DNA from: an uncultured Opitutales bacterium
GTDB taxonomy: Bacteria; Verrucomicrobiota; Verrucomicrobiia; Opitutales; JAIRKQ01
Direction: 5' to 3'
Assembly: GCA_964577805.1 (NCBI GenBank)
Contig: CAZOAG010000001.1
Span: forward strand, 174,192 to 206,191
Length of the DNA stretch: 32,000 bases
Each line of letters starts with the position of its first letter. The first letter of the stretch is position 1. This document shows positions 18,238 to 25,423 of the stretch, one piece after another. The position numbers and the translations under genes are program-made. The notes below the pieces were generated by a model. That model searched no databases, had not been told where the DNA came from, and worked only from the letters and a program-made list of their open reading frames with translations.

Positions 18238-18810
18238 TCAAAGCGGCATAGAAGATCCATTACCAAAAATTTGCTCCGTAATCCACTGGTCGCCACCTTT
18301 AACATAATCATGTGTCCAGGTAGTAGATTTTATCCGTTCTCCAATGTCTTTCGGCAAATTATCAAGCAAAGACATTATATCATCTTTCTTTTCTGATCGA
18401 TATAGACACCATCCTACGCATTTACCTTCTCCAACCTCAGACTCTCTAAGCAAACACTGAGCTAGAATATTATGCTGTCCCAACCTGACAAGATTTTTAA
18501 GAAATTCCATCGCTTTATCTCGTCCACCATGTGTTTGAACTGTTTTATACAAGTCATCACCAATCATCAAAGCAAAATCCACAACACCAACAAGACCACG
18601 CTGTGAAAGATCAGACAGAGACCCTTGTTTTATTTTACTCTCAACAAGGCTGTTTGCAAAATTCAACATCTGATCCGGAGTATAATTGTCACTACATTTT
18701 AATTGAAACACATTATACGCAACACGTGTTTCTTCTTCATCACAATCAACACCTGGCCTGTATCCAAAATTCACTGAGAATCTATCTCTTGCACATTCAA
18801 CTTTATTCAT
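18238..18810 (-). CDS. Hypothetical protein (orphan cluster, third ORF)
   Basis: 190 aa ORF beginning 41 nt downstream of the previous ORF on the same strand. It is mildly acidic, has no signal peptide or TM segment, and carries no motif I recognise. Confidence 0.6.
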   Translation of the reverse strand: MNKVECARDRFSVNFGYRPGVDCDEEETRVAYNVFQLKCSDNYTPDQMLNFANSLVESKIKQGSLSDLSQRGLVGVVDFALMIGDDLYKTVQTHGGRDKAMEFLKNLVRLGQHNILAQCLLRESEVGEGKCVGWCLYRSEKKDDIMSLLDNLPKDIGERIKSTTWTHDYVKGGDQWITEQIFGNGSSMPL

Positions 18811-18851
18811 ACTATACCAATTTTATGTCAAATTTATAAAACACAACCTTT

Positions 18852-20030
18852 TTATTTGCCGTCACTTTTCTCAAGCGATTTCGGAAAAAAACTAGATGGA
18901 TTTTTAGCAAATGCGCCAAAAAGTTGTTTGTAATTTTCAATATTAACAATAGGGTTAGGCTTATCACATAACATCTGTGCTGCTGAATATAAACTACATA
19001 AAACTTCAGCTGCCGAATGATATTGCCCTGATTGCATATATACCGAAATAGACAAAAATAAACGTTTGAAATCTTCTGAGAGCGAATTTTGTTCTGGGCA
19101 TCCTTCATCTACAAAACTCTTTACTTGTGAAAGAATTTCTTGAATACGCTTTTTATCAGATATGCCACATAGCGCAACTATAATATTTATTGTCGTTCCA
19201 GATGCACTACATATTGTACGCAAATTGGCTCCTTTCATAGCAGATGCTAAATTTGGTTTGCTTGCATACGTAGATTCGCCATTTGTTGTTTCCAACAAAT
19301 CTCCTATATGTTTAAAAGTATCACTTTGGACAATAAGGTCCTTTTTACAAATTTTTTCTAAAATTTCTTCTCTTAAGTCTTCTGAATTTTCTATTATCCC
19401 AGCTTCAGAACCATACCGGTTATTGTAAGCAATAATGCTGCATTCAGACAGACATTCTTTCAAGAAACCAATTGGATCGTTTATTATTTCTACACGCGAT
19501 GGCAAAAGCATGCCATCTACAGCAAATTGTCCTGGTCTTTGAACTGTATCATTCGGAAATGCATTATTCTCTTTTAGTTTCTTACACAAATCTTGACCTT
19601 TGGATACATATTCTGAACAGTCACAGGAATTGCCAATTATTGCATAAAAATCGTTATATGGTCCTTTGCCGCGATTAGCTATTTTTTCAGACAAATTAGC
19701 AGCCCTCATGCGACCACGCATACCGCATATTTGTTTATCTCCATCAATACCTCTTGAGTTTTTAAGAAAATGGTCTGCTAATTTCTCTAACTGTTTTGCT
19801 ATATCTAGGTCTAATTCATTCTTAACAAGAACATCAATCATTGCACCGACGATAGCCTTATCTAATTTTTCCAAAGAAATTTCGTAGAACATCTCATGTT
19901 TTTTAAGTTCTAAAAAAACACCCTGTTGTATTGAAAACCTTTCTTTGTATAAGCCATTATTATTATTCAGTACATTTATTACGTCACTCATACGACACAG
20001 CATCTGAATGGCCATAAACTCCTGCACCAA
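18852..20030 (-). CDS. Hypothetical Cys-rich protein (orphan cluster, second ORF; probably the C-terminal part of a larger frameshifted gene)
   Basis: 392 aa ORF. Its frame is already open from 20072, and it overlaps the 3' end of the upstream ORF. I recognised no family motif. Confidence 0.65.
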   Translation of the reverse strand: MVQEFMAIQMLCRMSDVINVLNNNNGLYKERFSIQQGVFLELKKHEMFYEISLEKLDKAIVGAMIDVLVKNELDLDIAKQLEKLADHFLKNSRGIDGDKQICGMRGRMRAANLSEKIANRGKGPYNDFYAIIGNSCDCSEYVSKGQDLCKKLKENNAFPNDTVQRPGQFAVDGMLLPSRVEIINDPIGFLKECLSECSIIAYNNRYGSEAGIIENSEDLREEILEKICKKDLIVQSDTFKHIGDLLETTNGESTYASKPNLASAMKGANLRTICSASGTTINIIVALCGISDKKRIQEILSQVKSFVDEGCPEQNSLSEDFKRLFLSISVYMQSGQYHSAAEVLCSLYSAAQMLCDKPNPIVNIENYKQLFGAFAKNPSSFFPKSLEKSDGK

Positions 20031-20659
20031 AGGATCTTGGTCTTTAAAATAGTTTTTTCTTTTTTCAAAAACTCATTCAAGTTATTAAATATTATTTTTA
20101 TTTTCTCTGTTTCGTCGTTCTCTTCTTGATAAATATTAAACCCAGGAAAAGCTCCGACACTGCTTCCTGCACAAAAAAACTTAAACGTGCCTAACGCATC
20201 TAACAGATCGTTATCATGCAGATAACTATCAGAACTGAGATAATTACATACAGAATCAACAAATGATTTAAACTCGCTTAACAAGTCATCTTTTGTCAAT
20301 ACGCCATTATCCCCTATAATTCCCAAATTACTGCTACCAGTTCTATTCAACGCAGCCACCATTGCTTCGCCGATTTTTTTACTATTGGCATTAATATATT
20401 CTATTTGTTCTTTTATTTTGTCACCTGATACATTTTTTTTTGCTGATAAATCTGAAGGTTTATCTTCTTGTGCTTGTCTATCACATATTGGAACTTGAAC
20501 GTATTGCAACGATGTGACATCTCCGTGTTCTTTTCCAAGTGATTCTACATTATAACCTCTAGATAGCGAATACTTTCCAAATACAGATCCATTTGGCGAC
20601 GAATCAACAGGACCCGCGCCATTACCAGCCTCACCAACGACAAACTCACTCAAATTCAT
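19988..20659 (-). CDS. Hypothetical protein (orphan cluster, first ORF; probably the N-terminal part of the frameshifted gene)
   Basis: 223 aa. The N-terminus is polar and Ser/Gly-rich, without a Sec signal. The last roughly 25 residues after the A-tract (KKEKTILKTKILWCRSLWPFRCCVV) look like out-of-frame translation. Confidence 0.55.
   Translation of the reverse strand: MNLSEFVVGEAGNGAGPVDSSPNGSVFGKYSLSRGYNVESLGKEHGDVTSLQYVQVPICDRQAQEDKPSDLSAKKNVSGDKIKEQIEYINANSKKIGEAMVAALNRTGSSNLGIIGDNGVLTKDDLLSEFKSFVDSVCNYLSSDSYLHDNDLLDALGTFKFFCAGSSVGAFPGFNIYQEENDETEKIKIIFNNLNEFLKKEKTILKTKILWCRSLWPFRCCVV
20053..20065 (-). other. A6-G-A6 homopolymer tract, the candidate -1 frameshift site joining ORFs 19988..20659 and 18852..20030
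   Basis: The minus strand reads TTTTTG AAAAAA G AAAAAA CT. Slipping -1 after AAA AAA gives AGA AAA AAC TAT TTT AAA GAC..., which is the downstream ORF frame. Confidence 0.5.
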
Positions 20660-20671
20660 ACCTACTTGCGA

Positions 20672-20699
20672 ATTGTGACAGTTTTTCAGTTTTAGTCAA
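20672..20699 (-). promoter_or_regulatory. Sigma-70-like promoter candidate for the orphan cluster
   Basis: On the minus strand: TTGACT (20699-20694), a 16 nt spacer, then CACAAT (20677-20672). It lies about 12 nt upstream of the ATG at 20659. Confidence 0.3.
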
Positions 20700-20801
20700 G
20701 AAAAATCGCGCCGACTTAAAAAAAACTAAATCAACTCAGTTGAACATGTATAAAAATAAAGCAACAACACCAAAAAATCAAAACAAACAAAGGCAAAAAC
20801 C

Positions 20802-20876
20802 TGGTAGGCCGACAGGGGCTCGAACCCTGAACCAATGGCTTAAAAGGCCACTGCTCTACCATTGAGCTACCGACCC
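20802..20876 (-). tRNA. tRNA-Lys (anticodon UUU), CCA encoded
   Basis: Manual cloverleaf: GGGTCGG-TA-GCTC-AATGGTA-GAGC-A-GTGGC-CTTTTAA-GCCAT-TGGTT-CAGGG-TTCGAGC-CCCTG-TCGGCCT-A-CCA (75 nt). Confidence 0.85.
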
Positions 20877-21009
20877 AACGAGACTCACGTTGTAATCTAT
20901 TCCCATTATGTCAATATAGATTTTAAAAAAATTTAAAATGATCAGATTACAGAAATGAAAATGCCACGATACACATCAGTATAGATCATGGCATTGAGTG
21001 CAATTTATA

Positions 21010-22056
21010 TCAAAATTGATAATTAATGACAACATTACCATTAATATTGTAATAGTCTGAACCTAAATTCGCTCCGGCTGCAAGCTCTCCTTCTATTTTA
21101 TCATTGAGAAATGATTTTATCCCAATACGTATTTTTGCCATGTTGCGCGGTAAGTACGGCAATGAACATTGATGGTAATTACCTGACAGACTATCACCAC
21201 TATAGCTACTATACGAATATTTGTTGCCACTACGCAAACATTCACATGACCATCCTGCATTAGCATAAGCTAAAGTTTTATGATTTTTTATAGAAAACGA
21301 TTTTGTTCCATAAACCCCGATGAAAGTTGTCAATGATTTGACAATATGTTCTTTGACTAAATTGATAGTTCCTAATGATGGCAAACTAACATAATCATCC
21401 ACACTGATGTATGAGCCGTCTATTTCAACTATTGGGCCAAATGAAATATCTTCCTGTGATGATAAATTATAAGCAATCTGGCCAGATAATGCACATAACC
21501 ATCCCTTATACTTATTTCTTTTCAATAACTGGTCGCTGTTATTCCTAAGTTCAATATAACCAAAACTGCCAATCAATGACGTCATCAATTTATTACTACA
21601 ATAACGGCCATACAAACCAGTAATTGTGCTTTTGGCACAGCAGTCCTGATTGATTGTTCCACTTCCAGAACGACAACTAAAGTCACAATCTGCATATTGA
21701 AAAGATGTAAATGTTCCAAGGTTCCAATCTTCATTAAATTGCTTTTCTATTCCAAATAAACCACCTATATTGTTGGAATTATCTTTGGATAAAGTTCTTG
21801 ATTCATTATCTAATATCATTGATGGACCATCAAACGATGAATGATAGCCTAATACATCAAAATACACACGTGGAGATTTACTCGTTTCGTCATAACATTT
21901 TGCACTATATTTTTTGGCAAAAATACTGTCATGCACTGTGCTTATTTGTCTTTGCGTGTCCTGCACCATTGCCAAATTGCCACTCAATGTAGCATGTGAT
22001 GGTACGTGGAATAACAACGATATCAACCCACAAACGAGTACTGCTTTTTTGCTCAT
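21010..22056 (-). CDS. Outer-membrane beta-barrel protein, autotransporter beta-domain-like with a minimal passenger, Cys-rich
   Basis: Sec signal peptide MSKKAVLVCGLISLLFHVPSHA. Alternating amphipathic beta-strand pattern throughout. The C-terminal strand ends in ...VVINYQF (terminal aromatic). Ten Cys residues in the mature part. Confidence 0.6.
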   Translation of the reverse strand: MSKKAVLVCGLISLLFHVPSHATLSGNLAMVQDTQRQISTVHDSIFAKKYSAKCYDETSKSPRVYFDVLGYHSSFDGPSMILDNESRTLSKDNSNNIGGLFGIEKQFNEDWNLGTFTSFQYADCDFSCRSGSGTINQDCCAKSTITGLYGRYCSNKLMTSLIGSFGYIELRNNSDQLLKRNKYKGWLCALSGQIAYNLSSQEDISFGPIVEIDGSYISVDDYVSLPSLGTINLVKEHIVKSLTTFIGVYGTKSFSIKNHKTLAYANAGWSCECLRSGNKYSYSSYSGDSLSGNYHQCSLPYLPRNMAKIRIGIKSFLNDKIEGELAAGANLGSDYYNINGNVVINYQF

Positions 22057-22067
22057 AAGATCGGCGA

Positions 22068-22096
22068 TATTTAATAAAAATTAATTTTTTTGTCAA
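22068..22096 (-). promoter_or_regulatory. Near-consensus sigma-70 promoter candidate for the beta-barrel gene
   Basis: On the minus strand: TTGACA (22096-22091), a 17 nt spacer, then TAAATA (22073-22068). Only 11 nt separate the -10 element from the ATG at 22056, and no SD sequence is visible. Confidence 0.4.
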
Positions 22097-22224
22097 AAAT
22101 GTTTTATAACAACTGTATCGGACACATAAAATACACACAATATAAGACATGGTCCGTGCTATGCCTATAAATCAACATTCCAAAGGTCATATTTACGATC
22201 TTGATATGAGGATTTGGCGAAAGT

Positions 22225-23283
22225 CTACGACATCATAGACATGCGAAACTGTTTTAAAAATCGTGCATCGTTTTGATAAAACAATCGAATGTCATCAATG
22301 CCATATAATAACATGGCCAATCTCTCTATACCAATTCCAAAAGCATACCCTGTGTACGTTGTATTATCAATTCCGCAATTCTCTAAAACAGATGGCGCGA
22401 CAATACCACAGCCACATACTTCTATCCATTTATTGCTCAATGCACCAAGATTTTTTGTCCGCAAATCCATTTCAAAACCAGGAGAAACAAATGGGAAATA
22501 ACTTGGTCGCATACGGACTTCACAATGCTCACCTATCAATTCCGTAAAAAAATAATTCAATGTTGATGTTAATTCCGATACGGTCGCTAACTTATCAATA
22601 ACCAATCCTTCGCATTGATGGAAATTTGGAGAATGTGTAGCGTCTATTGTATCTTTTCTAAACACTCTACCTGGGGAAAGTATACGTATAGGCGGTTCTT
22701 CAGTCAACATTGTACGTACTTGAACAGTAGATGTATGTGAACGTAACATATAACGTTCACAATTATGTTTTGCAACATTAGCTATGAATGTATCATCATT
22801 AAAATAGAATGTATCACGTTCATTGCGCGATGGATGGTTTTGTTTTGTATTCAGTGCATCGAAACATATCCACTCCGTTTCCAATTCCGTCCCTTCTGCG
22901 ACAGAAAATCCCAATTTATGAAAAATTTCAATGAATCGATTACGTATCATTGTCAATGGGTGCAAACAGATATCCGTTGATGTTTGAATGTTCAAAGATA
23001 CATCGATCGTATCTACTAATGACTTTATTAATGATTGTTGTTCAATCTGCTGTAACTTGTCTTGAAACAATTTTTCTACAGCAGCTTTGCAACGATTGAT
23101 CAACTGACCAGCCGTCGGTTTTTCTTCTTTGGACAACTTCGACAATGATTGCATTAAACCACGAAAAATGCCATTGCTGCCAAAATATTGCGACTTAAGA
23201 TTATCGAAATCAGCACGATTCGTCAAAATTCCCACCGCATCGTCCGCCATTTGCTCTATTTTTTCTAATTCAGCAACATTCAT
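22225..23283 (-). CDS. pheS: Phenylalanine--tRNA ligase alpha subunit
   Basis: Class II aaRS motifs (HPSRNERDTFYF; FRKDTIDATHSPNFHQCEGL; GYAFGIGIERLAMLLYGIDDIRLF). By alignment logic the start is MNVAELEKIEQ at 23283; the ORF track extends to 23358. Confidence 0.92.
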   Translation of the reverse strand: MNVAELEKIEQMADDAVGILTNRADFDNLKSQYFGSNGIFRGLMQSLSKLSKEEKPTAGQLINRCKAAVEKLFQDKLQQIEQQSLIKSLVDTIDVSLNIQTSTDICLHPLTMIRNRFIEIFHKLGFSVAEGTELETEWICFDALNTKQNHPSRNERDTFYFNDDTFIANVAKHNCERYMLRSHTSTVQVRTMLTEEPPIRILSPGRVFRKDTIDATHSPNFHQCEGLVIDKLATVSELTSTLNYFFTELIGEHCEVRMRPSYFPFVSPGFEMDLRTKNLGALSNKWIEVCGCGIVAPSVLENCGIDNTTYTGYAFGIGIERLAMLLYGIDDIRLFYQNDARFLKQFRMSMMS

Positions 23284-23474
23284 AAACATTTCCATTCGCA
23301 ACAAACCATATATGGTTATATGTTCGGTGGAATCTGATTGAGCATAAAGTGTTGTCAATGGAAAATTTCCAACAATTCGGATGAAAAACGCAGTAGTGTT
23401 AATAAATAAATTGTAATTTCTAGGAAATTTTTATCATCCAGCAGCTGTTGCAGGTACACCTGCTTAATATTTTT

Positions 23475-24146
23475 ATGACAAATCAACATTTTAACAACAC
23501 ATCGCCGTTCAAAGGCAACTATAATAAAGATAGAAAATTTGGAAGCGCGAATAAGAATTTTACAAGAAAGAATGAAAAAATACGAGTTAAGGAAGTGCGT
23601 GTCATCGGAAGTGATGGGTCTCAAATAGGCATCATGCCGACATCAGAAGCTATTGCTATGGCCAAACACGAGGGATTGGACCTGATAGAAATCTCTCCAA
23701 ATGCAAACCCTCCTGTATGCAAAATTCTTGATTTTGGAAAATATAAATATGAAGAGAGTAAAAAGAATAAGGTGGTTCCTAAACAAGCATCAGCAAAGAC
23801 CAAAGAAGTAAAACTGCGTGTGGCTATCGATACCAATGATTATAATACTAAAATGCGTCATGCTGTAGAGTTTCTAACAAGCGGCAATAAGTTAAAATTA
23901 TCATTGATGTTTCGAGGGCGAGAAATGGCACGTACAGAACTCGGCTTTGAGTTAATAAAAAAGTTTGCTCAGGATATTAGCAATTACGGCACATTGGACA
24001 CAGAACCAAAATTATTTGGAAAGACAATATCTGTAACAATATCACCATGTTCCAAAAAACAATCAAAACACAATGATGACAGTAATAAAGCAGTTGCTGT
24101 GTTTAATAAAATTTTGGATGCTAGTGAATTATTGAAACTAAAATAA
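23475..24146 (+). CDS. infC: Translation initiation factor IF-3
   Basis: IRVKEVRVIGSDGSQIGIMPTSEAIAMAKHEGLDLIEISPNANPPVCKILDFGKYKYE and MFRGREMARTELG are classic IF-3 N- and C-domain sequences. The true start is uncertain: infC often uses a non-ATG start, and the ORF is open from 23448. Confidence 0.88.
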   Translation: MTNQHFNNTSPFKGNYNKDRKFGSANKNFTRKNEKIRVKEVRVIGSDGSQIGIMPTSEAIAMAKHEGLDLIEISPNANPPVCKILDFGKYKYEESKKNKVVPKQASAKTKEVKLRVAIDTNDYNTKMRHAVEFLTSGNKLKLSLMFRGREMARTELGFELIKKFAQDISNYGTLDTEPKLFGKTISVTISPCSKKQSKHNDDSNKAVAVFNKILDASELLKLK

Positions 24147-24159
24147 ACATACCAAAATA

Positions 24160-25086
24160 ATGTTTAAAAAAATTTATCTGTGTATTTTTTTTATTCCTTT
24201 TTTAGCAACAACAAATGTTCATTGCAAAGAAGTTTCTTTAAGAAGTATTGCATATGATGCCAAATTACCAATGTTGACAAAAACGTCATTTGGGAAACCT
24301 GGCATGATGTTTGAGTTCAAACCAGATACTTATACATTTTCATTTAATGGCATCACATTGCCATTAGGAACACGAATAAAATGTCATAAAGACACGACAT
24401 ATTGGTTGGATCAAGATACATTTCTAAAGTGCATACATCCTCTTTTATACCAATCCAAACATGCAAACAGAATCAAAACTATCGCATTGGATGCTGGCCA
24501 TGGTGGTACTGACAATGGAACGCATTCAAAATTCAATAACATAACAGAGAAAACATTGTCATTGGACATGTGTTCCAGAGTTTCAAAAATATTAAATGCA
24601 AAAGGATATCGCATTGTTCTCACACGACCAAATGATAAAAAAGTCGAATTAACCAAGCGAACAACAATAGCCAATGCAGCAAATGCAGATGTTTTTGTTT
24701 CTATACATTTTAATTCCGCACAGAATCAACATGCCAGTGGTATTGAATCATTCATTTTGACACCACCGCATATGCATTCAAACTTTACAAGCGCTGTCCC
24801 AGTATCCATATTGACCGGCAACAAATACGACCAATTAAACTTATTATTTGGATATTTACTGCAAAAATCATGTATTTCAGCGGTTTCATGCAAAGACCGC
24901 GGTGTAAAATATAATCGTTTTGTTGTATTAAAAGAATTAAAGTGTCCCGGTGCCTTGATAGAGTGTGGATTTTTATCAAATCGCACAGAATCAAATAAAA
25001 TCGCCTCAGCAGAATATCGCGAAAAACTTGCACAAGCTATAGCAAACGCCATAATTTTATTTGACCACATCCAAAGTAGCAATTAG
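24160..25086 (+). CDS. N-acetylmuramoyl-L-alanine amidase (Amidase_3 family, AmiA/AmiC-like) with signal peptide
   Basis: Signal-like N-terminus MFKKIYLCIFFIPFLATTNVHC. IALDAGHGGTDNG, DVFVSIHFNS, GIESF and LIECGFLSN are the zinc-amidase motifs. Confidence 0.88.
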   Translation: MFKKIYLCIFFIPFLATTNVHCKEVSLRSIAYDAKLPMLTKTSFGKPGMMFEFKPDTYTFSFNGITLPLGTRIKCHKDTTYWLDQDTFLKCIHPLLYQSKHANRIKTIALDAGHGGTDNGTHSKFNNITEKTLSLDMCSRVSKILNAKGYRIVLTRPNDKKVELTKRTTIANAANADVFVSIHFNSAQNQHASGIESFILTPPHMHSNFTSAVPVSILTGNKYDQLNLLFGYLLQKSCISAVSCKDRGVKYNRFVVLKELKCPGALIECGFLSNRTESNKIASAEYREKLAQAIANAIILFDHIQSSN

Positions 25087-25423
25087 AAATGCGTGTGTTT
25101 TGGATTAAAACAACGGATCTATCAACACGTTGCTCGACCCAATAACAAAGCACACAACAACGTAAACGTGTTATAGTAGAGAAAATTTGCGTTCATTTTT
25201 TTGAGTGATATAAATTTTTTTAACGTGCAAGAAATCAAATATCAATAAAAAGTGCACAAATCATTCTAGACGTTGCAAAATCGTTCAAACTAAGCATCGC
25301 CATCACTCTGTAAACAATCAAACACACATACTGAAACAACGGCCAACCAAGCGTCGATCAATTAGTACTAGTAAGATATATAGACACATATTTTTTGAAA
25401 TATACGCCTATATATTCATTGTT

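Noticed and set aside
20593-20865. ORF 20593..20865 (+), encoding a K/Q/N/T-rich 90 aa peptide.
   Set aside because: It overlaps the tRNA-Lys gene and an A-rich intergenic region, so it is a low-complexity artefact.
18130-20876. The orphan cluster next to tRNA-Lys could be a tRNA-integrated genomic island.
   Set aside because: I found no integrase or recombinase gene. I found no direct repeat of the tRNA 3' end (TTCGAGCCCCTGTCGGCCTACCA) at the distal boundary near 18130-18240. I saw no obvious compositional break by eye. Mobility is unsupported, although a formal repeat search was not possible.
23415-23429. Perfect inverted repeat AATTTC-TAG-GAAATT in the pheS-infC divergent region, and the 10 bp palindrome ATTTCGAAAT at about 13473-13482, as possible operator sites.
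   Set aside because: Short AT-rich palindromes with 5-6 bp arms are expected by chance many times in 32 kb of AT-rich DNA. I saw no second copy or known consensus.
23355-23624. ORF 23355..23624 (-) and the upstream extension of pheS to 23358.
   Set aside because: It lies antisense to the conserved 5' part of infC and in the pheS-infC divergent promoter region. The PheS alignment supports a start at 23283.
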